Positions 1 to 9,500 of a stretch of DNA of 64,000 nt are shown here, piece by piece (position 1 is the stretch's first letter; every line of letters starts with the position of its first letter). The notes beneath the pieces are model-generated. The model made no database searches and was not told the DNA's origin. It saw nothing but the letters and a program-made list of their open reading frames with translations. Position numbers and translations under genes: made by a program. The DNA comes from an uncultured Actinomycetes bacterium. Its GTDB lineage: Bacteria; Chloroflexota; Dormibacteria; Dormibacterales; Dormibacteraceae. The stretch is taken from positions 103,456 through 167,455 of the forward strand of contig CAZXGB010000001.1 of NCBI GenBank assembly GCA_964640005.1, written 5' to 3'.

Positions 1-525
1 AGCATCAACTACCGGCCCAACACCGACGCGGTGGACCATTTCACGCGCCACGTCTTTCCCTCGATCCGAAGGCTTCGGCCCTCGGCCCGTTTTGTCGTGG
101 TCGGCCAGGGGGCGCCGGACTGGCTGGTTCGCGCCGCCCCGCCGGGAGTCGAGTTCACCGGGTTCGTCGACGACGTCCGGCCGTACCTGCGCAAGGCGGC
201 GGTGGTGGTGGCGCCGCTCCGCTCCGGCAGCGGAACGCGCCTCAAGATCCTGGAGGCGCTCGCCATGGAGAAGGCCGTCGTCACCACCAGGATCGGGTGC
301 GAGGGACTGGCCGTGGTCGACGGCGAGCACCTGTCCATCGCCGACGAGCCGGACACGTTCGCACAGCGCGTGGTAGGGCTGATGAGCAGCCCGGATCTCG
401 CGGCAGAATTGGGCGCGCGCGGGCGGGAGCTCGTCGTGCGCGATTACAGCTGGAGCGTCGCGGCGCGGCGGCTCGAGCAGTTCCACGCCCAGCTGATTGG
501 CAAGGCAGAGGAGATGAGACTTTGA
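1..525 (+). CDS. Glycosyltransferase family 4 (GT-B fold), C-terminal part; 5' end lies outside the window
   Basis: Frame 1 is open from base 1. The translation ...FVVVGQG...VVVAPLRSGSGTRLKILEALAMEKAVVTTRIGCEGL... matches the C-terminal nucleotide-sugar-binding half of GT4/GT1 enzymes. Stop TGA at 523-525. Confidence 0.8.
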   Translation, partial: SINYRPNTDAVDHFTRHVFPSIRRLRPSARFVVVGQGAPDWLVRAAPPGVEFTGFVDDVRPYLRKAAVVVAPLRSGSGTRLKILEALAMEKAVVTTRIGCEGLAVVDGEHLSIADEPDTFAQRVVGLMSSPDLAAELGARGRELVVRDYSWSVAARRLEQFHAQLIGKAEEMRL

Positions 526-1364
526 TCGGCGAAAACAACGCGGTCGCACCGGTTCAGGCCGGGGTCGCCCGAGTGTTCGACGAGGCCGCCGGCTATTACC
601 GGCAGCTGCGCTGGGAGAAGAACCGGTTGACCCGGTTCGAGAAGCACGTGACGCGGGTGGCGCTCGAGGACGGCCTCGGTTCGGAACGTGCCGCCAGCGC
701 GCTCGAGCTGGGGTGCGGACCCGGAACGTGGACCGAGATTCTGGCCGAACGGGCCGAGCGGGTCACCGCGGTGGACATCTCGACCGAGATGCTCGCCCAG
801 GCGCGGCATGCGCTTGCGTCCCGTCCCAACGTGAGGTTCGTTCATTCCGACGTCGCCCGCTTCCACTCTCAGGGCGAAAGGTTCGAGCGGTTGATCAGCG
901 TTCGGGTCCTCGAATACGTGCCCGAATGGCGGAGCGTCGTCGAGGGCTTCGGCGACCTGCTGGCGCCGGGCGGCCGGGCCGTCGTCATCACCAAGACGCC
1001 TCTTTCGGTCTGGCGAGGAACCGGCCGGGAGCGCTGGTTCGGCCCCCGGACCTTCGCCCGGCGGCTCACCGGCCGGACCCTGAACCGCGACTTCTGGCAG
1101 CGCTACATCCCCGTGCGGGCCATGGTGGACGCCTTCCGGCGCGCCGGCCTGACGGGCATCACGGTGCGCCCGGTCATCTTCGGCCTTCCTATTTATATGC
1201 GGGGAACGAAGCAGTACCCGATCGTCCCGCCGCAGGCGGAGCGGCCGTTGCTGTGGGCGACGCTCAGGTCGTGGGAGTGGGTCTCCGCCGGCTCGCAGGC
1301 TCGGCGCTTGACGTTCCTGCCTCTTTCCGAGTCGTACGCCGTATCCGGGCGCCGGTCAGGCTGA
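522..1364 (+). CDS. Class I SAM-dependent methyltransferase
   Basis: Glycine-rich SAM motif LELGCGPGTW, then VTAVDIS and LISVRVLEYV blocks. TTG at 522 overlaps the upstream stop (TTGA). The ORF-track extension back to 297 overlaps the previous gene and is Arg-rich. GTG 573 is an alternative start. Confidence 0.75.
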   Translation: MIGENNAVAPVQAGVARVFDEAAGYYRQLRWEKNRLTRFEKHVTRVALEDGLGSERAASALELGCGPGTWTEILAERAERVTAVDISTEMLAQARHALASRPNVRFVHSDVARFHSQGERFERLISVRVLEYVPEWRSVVEGFGDLLAPGGRAVVITKTPLSVWRGTGRERWFGPRTFARRLTGRTLNRDFWQRYIPVRAMVDAFRRAGLTGITVRPVIFGLPIYMRGTKQYPIVPPQAERPLLWATLRSWEWVSAGSQARRLTFLPLSESYAVSGRRSG

Positions 1365-1423
1365 ACAGGGTCGGGGCGAGGGCTCGCCCCCCGTCAAAGG
1401 AGCGAGCCCTCCCGAAAGAGCTT

Positions 1424-4420
1424 TCAGAGATGAGTCGGCTGAGGCGACGGTCCGAGCGCCACCGGGGTGCCCGTGGTACCGACCTTTGTCACGGTGACGC
1501 TCCCGAACGACACCGGGTCGTTGGCCTCGAGCGCGATGCCACCGGAGTTGAATGAGCCATCGCTGACCTGCGTCACGCGGAGTGAGCCGACGTAGGCCGA
1601 AAGGGTTCCGCCGGACATCGATACGGAAATCGTGTACCAGGTGTTCGCGCTGAAGGAGTAAGCCGCGCTGGCGAGCGTGGACTCCGTGCCTGAGATCGTC
1701 TTGGTGATGACGAGCCGGTTGCCTCCGACGATCTTCAAGCTGTAGTGATTCGAGCCGTTGACGGCGAACGTCACACCGTCCACCTCGCTGGCCCAGGCGC
1801 TTGGCTTCACCACGACGCTGACGTCGTAGCTCGACCATCCGGAATTGCCGGCGGCCAGTGTTCCGGACCACCCGCTGTGGGCCACGCACCGGGTTGGGTC
1901 GCCCGTGACGGACCACGTCGAGTTGAGACCCGACGGCACCCATCCCGACGGTGTTGATCCGACCGCGTCCGCGGCAAAGTTGTCCGAGAAGATCACCGAT
2001 CCGCCAGGTACGGGCGAGGGTGACGGCACCGGTGAGGGCGACGGTACCGGCGCGGGGGTGGGGGACGGTGACGGCGAGGTTGAAGGCGACGGCGATGGCG
2101 CCGGTGCCGGCGAAGGTGACGGCGAAGGTGCCGGCGAAGGTGCCGGCGCGGCCCCGATGGGAAGACCGCTCAACCAGGCCTTGTACGCCACCCCTTCACC
2201 GGCGGTCGGCGTCCCGGCCTGCATGTCGGTGACCAGGACGTCGCTGCTGTCCGCCCATGCGTTCCAGGTCCAGGCGGTGACATCGAGGCCGTGGGCCTTT
2301 GCGTACGGAAGGAAGGTGGGCAGGTATGTCTCGGGACCCGCGGTGGAGTCGCCGGTCTCGCCGACGACCACGGGCACCTTCTGCGCGAGCGGTGCGATGA
2401 CCTGGTCCCAGCACCACTGCGCGGCGCACTCGCTGACCAGGCTGGGATTCGCGGACGGGTAGCTGTGCCACGACGCGATCGTGTTCGGGTCCGCCGGCCG
2501 ATGGGCCAGCCAGCCTGAGAGGTCACGAGCCCAGTTCGTGCCACCCGCCATGATCACGTTCCTCGCGCCGGTCGCGCGGATGTCAGTGATCAGCTCGTTG
2601 AATCCGGCGGAACGCCAGTTCGCGGTGATCGTGAACGGAGTGCCTCCGGTCTCGTACTGCGTCAGGGTGCACCCGCTCCACAGGCAGGTGTTTTCGTCGG
2701 GACCGCCGGGGGCGATCCAGTAGAAGAACGGTTCGTTGTACAGGTCGAAGATCACCCCGGGGTCGGACGCGAAAGCGGCCGCTGCCGACTTCCAGAACGC
2801 GGGCGAGTGGTCCTCGTCGGGGGCGGGGTTCTGGCTCAGCGCCAGCTGGGTGCCCGGAGCCGACCAGTGGAGGTCGACGATCACGTAAAAGCCCGCCGAT
2901 CGCAGGTCCGTGACGAGCTTGGTCACGGCCGCCTGGTAGGTCGAGGCGGAGATCTTCGCCCCGTTGATGCCGAGCCAGCAGTCCTCGTTGAGCGGAACGC
3001 GAACCGCGTTGACGTTCCATGAGCGCATGGCGGCAAACGTGGTGGGGCTGTCTTCAGGCTGGCCGCCGAACGGATCCCCGCTCCAGCCCTGTGCGCACAC
3101 GAACTCGGTGCCCGCCATATCGGCGCCGTGCAGCAGGACTGACTTGCCGGTCGCGTCGACGAGCTGGTTCCCGCTCACGTGAAGACCCGCACCGCCCGTC
3201 GCGACAGGTGTGGGCGAAGGCGCGGGCGTGGGCGATGGGGCGGGCGAAGGCGTCGGGGAAGGCGTCGATGAAGGCGACGGTGGCGGGGTCGGAGCGACGC
3301 TCGGCGACGGGGCCGGCGCCGAACCGGCGAGGAGCGACTGCATGGTCGTGAATCCCGCCTTCGGTGCATACGTGGACGTCATGACGCCCCAGTGCGCCGA
3401 CACTGCCGCAACGGCCGGACAGCAGTTGTAGGCGCTGTCGTCGCGCAGGTTGTACCACTGGGCCATGGCGATCGGCCCGGCACTGGTCAGCGTGCTGGTG
3501 ATCAGCGCGGACTGATCGCCGATGGTGGAATCGACGCTGTATTCACCGAGCCAGATCGGCCGGTTGTCGCCGTGGCTCGCCATCGCGGACTGGATCGCCT
3601 GGGCTTCCGAGGACGCCCCTCCGGCGTAGTTGTGGAAGGCCATGATGTCGTACTGGGCTCCCAGCGAATAGAGCGTCGACAACCAGCCGTTGGTCGTCGG
3701 GTCGTTCGCCGTGCCGCTGACTTCCACCTTGATCGCGGGGTCGACGGCTTTCACGGCCTGATATCCGGGATTCAAGATCGCCGTGACGTATGACGATTCG
3801 CCGGAGTTCCAGTAGTGACCGTGGTCGGCCTCGTTCCACATCTCGATGACGGGGACCTGATGGTCGTACCGCCGGGCGAATGCGGTCACGAATCCAGAGA
3901 ACGCGCTCGCGGGCGGCGCCACCGTCGTGTTCGATCCGGCCCAGGCCGGCGTGAACACCAGGACCGGTTGGATCGTGACTCCTGCGGATTTCGCGGCCGC
4001 CATGATCTGGTCCGACCTGGACCAGTCATAGACGCCATTTCCCGGCTCGATCAAGAACCACGGGAACTCGAGCCGCACGTCGGCGACTCCCAGCTGATGG
4101 GCGTACCCGAGCTCAGCCTGCATCTCCGATGTCGGGTTGGAGATGCAGTTGGGTGCAACACACCACCACGAGTCCGGATTGGCGCCCACGTATCTCCATG
4201 GACGCGCTGACGGCTCGACGTTGATCCCGGCCTGCCGCACCGCGGCGACGGGTTTCGCAGCGGCCGGCCCGCTCCCCACCACCCCGCCCGCGATGAGCGC
4301 GCCAAGCGCCATCAGCACGACGCCGAAGTTGAGCGACCGAGAGAGTCGAAGGCTCGAGCGCCTCCCGTCCTGTGATCGGTAAGGCCTTACCTCTGGCCTC
4401 TCGAAGCTGTTTGCGTGCAA
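1424..4420 (-). CDS. Secreted multidomain glycoside hydrolase: signal peptide, clan GH-A TIM-barrel domain, Pro/Thr/Ser linker, GH5 cellulase-type domain, Pro/Ser linker, LamG/ConA-like C-terminal domain
   Basis: The N-terminal hydrophobic segment MALGALIAGGVVGSGPAAA reads as a signal peptide. Domain 1 carries EMWNEAD (acid/base) and WLGEYSV (nucleophile) motifs. Domain 2 carries LYNEP and VVGETGD motifs typical of GH5. Linkers lie at about 3200-3322 and 2006-2152. The C-terminal approx 190 aa is a jelly-roll-like module (NFAADAVGSTPSGW...WYTISVS...). The start is uncertain (TTG at 4420). Confidence 0.9.
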   Translation of the reverse strand: MHANSFERPEVRPYRSQDGRRSSLRLSRSLNFGVVLMALGALIAGGVVGSGPAAAKPVAAVRQAGINVEPSARPWRYVGANPDSWWCVAPNCISNPTSEMQAELGYAHQLGVADVRLEFPWFLIEPGNGVYDWSRSDQIMAAAKSAGVTIQPVLVFTPAWAGSNTTVAPPASAFSGFVTAFARRYDHQVPVIEMWNEADHGHYWNSGESSYVTAILNPGYQAVKAVDPAIKVEVSGTANDPTTNGWLSTLYSLGAQYDIMAFHNYAGGASSEAQAIQSAMASHGDNRPIWLGEYSVDSTIGDQSALITSTLTSAGPIAMAQWYNLRDDSAYNCCPAVAAVSAHWGVMTSTYAPKAGFTTMQSLLAGSAPAPSPSVAPTPPPSPSSTPSPTPSPAPSPTPAPSPTPVATGGAGLHVSGNQLVDATGKSVLLHGADMAGTEFVCAQGWSGDPFGGQPEDSPTTFAAMRSWNVNAVRVPLNEDCWLGINGAKISASTYQAAVTKLVTDLRSAGFYVIVDLHWSAPGTQLALSQNPAPDEDHSPAFWKSAAAAFASDPGVIFDLYNEPFFYWIAPGGPDENTCLWSGCTLTQYETGGTPFTITANWRSAGFNELITDIRATGARNVIMAGGTNWARDLSGWLAHRPADPNTIASWHSYPSANPSLVSECAAQWCWDQVIAPLAQKVPVVVGETGDSTAGPETYLPTFLPYAKAHGLDVTAWTWNAWADSSDVLVTDMQAGTPTAGEGVAYKAWLSGLPIGAAPAPSPAPSPSPSPAPAPSPSPSTSPSPSPTPAPVPSPSPVPSPSPVPGGSVIFSDNFAADAVGSTPSGWVPSGLNSTWSVTGDPTRCVAHSGWSGTLAAGNSGWSSYDVSVVVKPSAWASEVDGVTFAVNGSNHYSLKIVGGNRLVITKTISGTESTLASAAYSFSANTWYTISVSMSGGTLSAYVGSLRVTQVSDGSFNSGGIALEANDPVSFGSVTVTKVGTTGTPVALGPSPQPTHL
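2111..2146 (-). repeat. 12-nt tandem repeat x3 inside the Pro/Ser linker coding region
   Basis: cgaaggtgacgg / cgaaggtgccgg / cgaaggtgccgg, read directly. It encodes part of the PSPS linker on the minus strand. Confidence 0.7.
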
Positions 4421-4884
4421 CGCGTTGTACCCCCTTGGTCCACCGTCACAGGCATGACAGAGCCATCCCTGTGAGCAGCTCGCATCAACGGCGCGTACGG
4501 CAATGCGAAAGCGCGGTGGACGTAATGCGTTACGGCCGGTATGTCAGCGGTCTCTAGATTGCCCAGTCCCACATCGGGCGACTTTCACCGCGCGTTTTCT
4601 GCGTTGGTGATTCGAAGAGAGCCTCAGATTTTCCCTTCGTGCTTGTCCCCGACGGCCTAGGCCTGACCGCCGGGCGGCAGTCTAAAAGACTCATCAGGCA
4701 AAGGTCAACTGTCCTTAACCGCGAATCTTGTGTCCATGCGCGGTTACGTTCCGCGCTGACGCGTCCAGGCCCCTTGGAATCGCACGAGTGATCGCATGCG
4801 TGGAATCGAGGATCACATTGCCGTTGCAGCACGGCATAGCCGTGATGAGGAGCGAAACAATTTTTTACCCGAATTTCGCGTGAA

Positions 4885-6444
4885 TCAGCGAATCGGCAGG
4901 AACACCACTGCGGCAACCGCGATGAACAGCCCGATGGCGACTACACCCACACCGACCGCGGATCTGCCCTGTCCGAGTCGAGCCGCGACTCGGAAGCGCC
5001 CGAGAACGGGCACGTCACCGACCAGCGCGACACCCGACGCCGCCAGGCCGAGGCCCAATAGGGCCACCACGGCGAGCAGAGCTTCGAGCGCCACCGCGCC
5101 ACCCTGGTGATTGGATACGAAGCTCTGAACTGCGGATGCGGGAGGCTCGGTGCCGCCGCCCGCGCTCCCGTAGCCGCCTCCTGAGGTCCCCGTCGAATTC
5201 AGGGACGTGGACGACGATGGAGTCGGCTTGCCTGGTTTCTTTCCGTTGGCCGGCGTCGGATTGGCCGGCGTGGACGGCCGCACCGACGCGGGTGCGGGAT
5301 TGTCTGACGTGGGTGTCGGGCTCGATTGGGGCGGGGCCGAAGATGGCGGCGGCGGGGGCGGCGGAGGCGACGAGCCGCCGAGCAGCGACTGCATGGTGTA
5401 GAAGCTCGACTTCTTCGTGACGTCGTCCGCGGCGACGACGCCGTACTGCTTGTGCTCCCCGGTCGCGGCCGGAGGGCAGCAGGTGTAGACCGATTCGTCG
5501 CGCAGCGTGTAGAACTGCGCCATCGCCAGGCCCGGCGTCGCGGTCAGCGCCGCGTTGATCAGCGAGGACTGCTGGCTCCCGGTCGAGTCGCTCACGCCGT
5601 ACTCGCCCATCCAGATCGGCTTGCCCCCCTGGCCGTGGGCGCTCAGCACTCCGCGGTATGCCTGGACCACCGAGCCGTAGTTGCCCCCGTAGTCGTGGAA
5701 GGCGGCGATGTCGAAGTAGCTGCCGCCGCCGGCGGCGTAGATTCCGCTCAGCCAGGGGCAGCAGACCCCTGAGTCGTTGATGCTGCCGCCCTCGATCACC
5801 CGCACTCCGGGATAAGGGCTTGCTTTGACCGCGTTGTAGCCCGGGATCAGGATGTCCTGGACGTACTGGGCCGGGTTGTTGGCGACCAGCGACTGCCCGC
5901 CGTCCGGCTCGTTCCACATCTCGACGGCGTTGATCCGGCTGCCGTAGCGGCCCATGAAGGCGCTCACGAAGGCGCCGAAGTCAGCCGGGTGGGGGAAGGC
6001 GTTGTAGCCGCCGTCCCAGGCCGGGGTGTAGACCAGGATGGGCTGGAGCACGATGCCGTGACCGGCCGCGCTGCTGAAGATGTAGTCGGCCCGGGTCCAG
6101 TTGTAGCCGCCGTTGGAAGGCTCGACCAGGAACCAGGGGATCTCGATTCGAATGTTGGCCACGTGGAGCTGCTGGGCGAGGGCCATCTCGGTGTCGATCC
6201 GGCCGAGCGGGTTGGAGGTGGTGCAGGCGCTGGCGCTGGGGCACCACCAGCCGTCGGGGTTGGCGCCCACGTACTGCCAGGGCCGGGCCGCGGGTTCGAC
6301 GTTGATGCCGCCCGCCGCGCTCGTGGAGGCGTGAACCGTCACCGGCGGAGCAGCTCCGGCGGCAAACGAGTAGGCGAGCAGGACCAGGAGGAAACGCCAC
6401 GAAAAGGCGGAAAGGCGGATGAGGGGTGAGGGCTTCCTGTGCAT
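4885..6444 (-). CDS. Membrane-anchored clan GH-A glycoside hydrolase paralogue (signal peptide, GH-A domain, Pro-rich spacer, C-terminal TM segments)
   Basis: The catalytic domain is paralogous to domain 1 of 1424-4420 and 16670-19375 (GINVEPAARPWQYVGANPDGWW, EMWNEPD, WMGEYGV). It has a poly-Pro stretch and C-terminal hydrophobic segments. ATG 6444 gives the signal peptide MHRKPSPLIRLSAFSWRFLLVLLAY. The ORF track extends to TTG 6483. Confidence 0.85.
   Translation of the reverse strand: MHRKPSPLIRLSAFSWRFLLVLLAYSFAAGAAPPVTVHASTSAAGGINVEPAARPWQYVGANPDGWWCPSASACTTSNPLGRIDTEMALAQQLHVANIRIEIPWFLVEPSNGGYNWTRADYIFSSAAGHGIVLQPILVYTPAWDGGYNAFPHPADFGAFVSAFMGRYGSRINAVEMWNEPDGGQSLVANNPAQYVQDILIPGYNAVKASPYPGVRVIEGGSINDSGVCCPWLSGIYAAGGGSYFDIAAFHDYGGNYGSVVQAYRGVLSAHGQGGKPIWMGEYGVSDSTGSQQSSLINAALTATPGLAMAQFYTLRDESVYTCCPPAATGEHKQYGVVAADDVTKKSSFYTMQSLLGGSSPPPPPPPPSSAPPQSSPTPTSDNPAPASVRPSTPANPTPANGKKPGKPTPSSSTSLNSTGTSGGGYGSAGGGTEPPASAVQSFVSNHQGGAVALEALLAVVALLGLGLAASGVALVGDVPVLGRFRVAARLGQGRSAVGVGVVAIGLFIAVAAVVFLPIR
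5519..6309 (-). repeat. 791-bp block, 100% identical to 18378-19168 (direct orientation, inside paralogous GH-A domains)
   Basis: Base-by-base reading at a constant offset of 12859 bp found no mismatch across 791 bp. There are 12 substitutions in the adjacent 5450-5518. Confidence 0.9.
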
Positions 6445-6502
6445 GGCGGTATGCCTGATGGGACGAGCGCGACTTCGTCCCAACCCGACGAGGAAGAATA
6501 CC

Positions 6503-9500
6503 TTAAGGCGAGAGGACTATGTTCGCCGGCGCCGTCGTGCCGGTCGCGGGCACCACCTGGACCGAGGCCGAAGTCTCACCCGGTGCCGACGCCGTGACGG
6601 TGTAGCTCGAGCCGCCGAACAGGTTCGTGAACGTGTACGACCCCGAGCCGTCCGTGGTCGTGGTCGCGCCATTGCTCAGCGTGACGGTCGCGTTCACGAT
6701 GGGCGCGCTCGTCGACTGCGACGTGACGATGCCCGAGATCTGCGTCACCGGGACCTGCTGGAAGTTCGCGTACTGCGCGTACGCGCCGGTGGTGCGCAGA
6801 CCGCCCTGCCCGCCGCCCGTGAGGAGCTTCTGCGTCGCGGTGATCTGCCATCCCGGCTCGGCCGTGCCGAACTGCCAGATCTTGCCTTCGACCAGGCTGC
6901 CGATCGTGGCGAGCTTGGCGTGGTACCAGACGTTCGTCGCCACGGGTTGCGAGATCGCGACGAGCTCGGTCCAGTTGTTGTTCACGGCGACCCACAGCTC
7001 GAGATCCTGCGCGGTCGGGTTGATCGACATGAGCACCCAGGTCGTGGAGTTCTGGACGCGGGCCAGCAGGCGCGCTCCGTGCTGGTACACGGGGTCGACC
7101 AGGATGGTGCTCATGTCGAGGTCGACGGTCACGACCTGGTTCACGTACTGGTAGCCCATCCAGGTGTCGAAGTCGGTCTGACTCGATGCCTGGGCGTCGA
7201 CCCACGCCTGGCTGTTCGTGATCCCCGCCTGAGCGCCCGGATACACGCCCAGGTCGCTCGACCACACGTGGCCGTCGCTCGCCGTGCCAAAGCCGTTGGA
7301 CTGGTTCGGACGCGTGTATGCGTCCATCGCGACCTGCAGCGGGATCGGGGTCAGCGCCTGGTTGGCGGAGACGGTGCCGTTGATCGGCGCCTGCACGTTG
7401 TTGACGAAGTTCGCGTTGTAGCCGGCCGACGAGCCGGTGAAGACGACCGTGAAGTTGCCGGCCGGGAGGTTCAACGTGTAGCTTCCGGACGAGCTCGTGA
7501 CGGCGGTCGTCGTCAGGGGCAGGGTGGAAACCTGCACGCCGGCCACGGGAAGCGTGGTCGTCGCGTCGGTGACAGTGCCGGTGATGGTCGAGTTCGGCAC
7601 CGGGTTGCCGACGGCCGACACCGAGAAGTTGTCGAATTGCACCGGCGTCCCTGAGGCCGCGTAGGCATACAGGCCCATGAGCCCGGCCGAGCTGATGCCG
7701 CTCACGCTTCCGGTCCAGGCCCATCCCGCGGGCTCAGCCGTTCCGTACTGCCATGCCTTGAGGCTCACGTTGGTGGCCTGGACCTGGAAGCGCATCCAGT
7801 AGAACGTGTTCGCCGCCGGCGTGAAATTCACAAGCGAAACATGAGTCCAGCTCGTGCCGATCCTGTACTCGAACTGCAGGTGTCCCGCCCCGTCGTACCG
7901 GCCGAGATACACGTTGCCGTTCGACTGCATGCGAAGCGCGATGCCGGCCGTGTCCGACGTCGAGGCCAGCGAGAACCTGACGAGACCGTTGCCATCGACC
8001 GTCGTTCCGCTGCCGAGAGTTCCGAACAGGCTGCTGGCGGTGTTGGAGATCACGCCCTCGTTGCTCGCGATCGACATCGCCGAGCTCGAGGGCGACCACA
8101 CCATGCCGTTCGACGCCGTGCCCCAGGTGCTCTGGTTCGCGCGGACGAATGTGTCCTGGACGAGGATCCCGGAGGACACGGTGACGGACGCGGTGGCGGT
8201 CCCCGTGTTTCCCTGCGTGTCCGTCACCGTGAGTGTTGCGGTGAACTTTCCAGGGCTCGCGTACACATGGCTCGTCGTGGCGGCGGACTGTGGGCCGACG
8301 ACCGCCGTGCCGTCACCGAAGTTGAAGGTGTAGCTCGAGATGGCGAAGGAGCCTCCGGCCGAACCGGTCCCGTCGGCGGTCACCGTGAGCGGCGCGTACC
8401 CGGAGATCGGCGACTCCATCAGCGATGCCGTCGGAGGAGCGAGCACGTCGATCGCCGCAGTCGCGGTGGAGCCGGCCGATGCGTTGTCGAGAACGGTCAC
8501 GGTGAGCGTGAAGTTCCCCGCGGTGCTGTAGCTGTGCGTGGCTTTCGCCGCCGCCTGCGGCCCGATCACCGGCGAACCGTCTCCGAAGTTGAACGTGTAT
8601 GAGGCGATCCCGACGGGGTCGCTCGACCCAGACGCGTCGGCCGTCACGGCCAGCGGGGCCGCGCCGCTGTTGGGCGTGGCGTTGAGCACCGCGTTCGGCG
8701 GATTCACCACGGTGACGGTTGCGCTGGCGCTCGACGAGACGCCTGCCGTGTCGGTCACGATCACGGAGGCCGTGTACGTGCCGACGCTGGAGTAGACGTG
8801 TCCGTACGAGGGCGTGGACGTTGGCGGTTCCGGCAGGGAGCCGTCACCGAAGCTGAAGGTGTACGACGCGATCGGGTAGGTGCCGGGCGCCGACCCCGAC
8901 GCGTCGGCCGTCACCGAGAGCGGCACCCCGCCGGAGGGCGGTGTCACGGTGAGCCGGGCGCTGGGCGGCGTCACCGCCTGGACCGTCGCCGATGCGTTCG
9001 AGCTAACGCCCTGCGTGTCGGTCACCGTGACCTTGACGGTGTAGCTGCCGGCCGATGAATAGGTGTGGGTGGCGGTGGCGGCGGTCTGCGGTCCGAGCGT
9101 CGTGCCGTCGCCGAAGTCGAACGTGTAGCCGGTGATCGGGTTCGTTCCGGGCGTCGACGCCGACGCATCCGCGGTCACGGCCAGCGGTACGGCGCCGAGG
9201 TTTTTCGAGAGCGAGAGAGCCGCCTTCGGCGGGTTGACAGCCGAGATCTGCACGGTCGCGCTGGAGGTCGCCCCTACGGAGTCGGTCGCCGTCACGGTCA
9301 CGAAGTAGGCGCCCGCGGACGTGTAGGTGTGCGCCGCCGCCGACCCGGCCTGCGGGCCGAGCACGGTCCCGTCGCCGAAGTTGAAGGTGTATGTCGTGAG
9401 GCCGATGGGGTCGGTCGAGGCAGACGCGTCGGCCGTCACCGCGAGCGGAACCGCGCCCACGGACGGTGTGACTGAAAGTTTGGCGCTGGGCGCGCCCACG

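Noticed and set aside
5519-6309. The identical 791-bp copies as a possible insertion sequence or other mobile element.
   Set aside because: There is no transposase, terminal inverted repeat or target duplication. Both copies lie in frame inside the catalytic domains of paralogous genes. Gene conversion or an assembly artefact explains them better.
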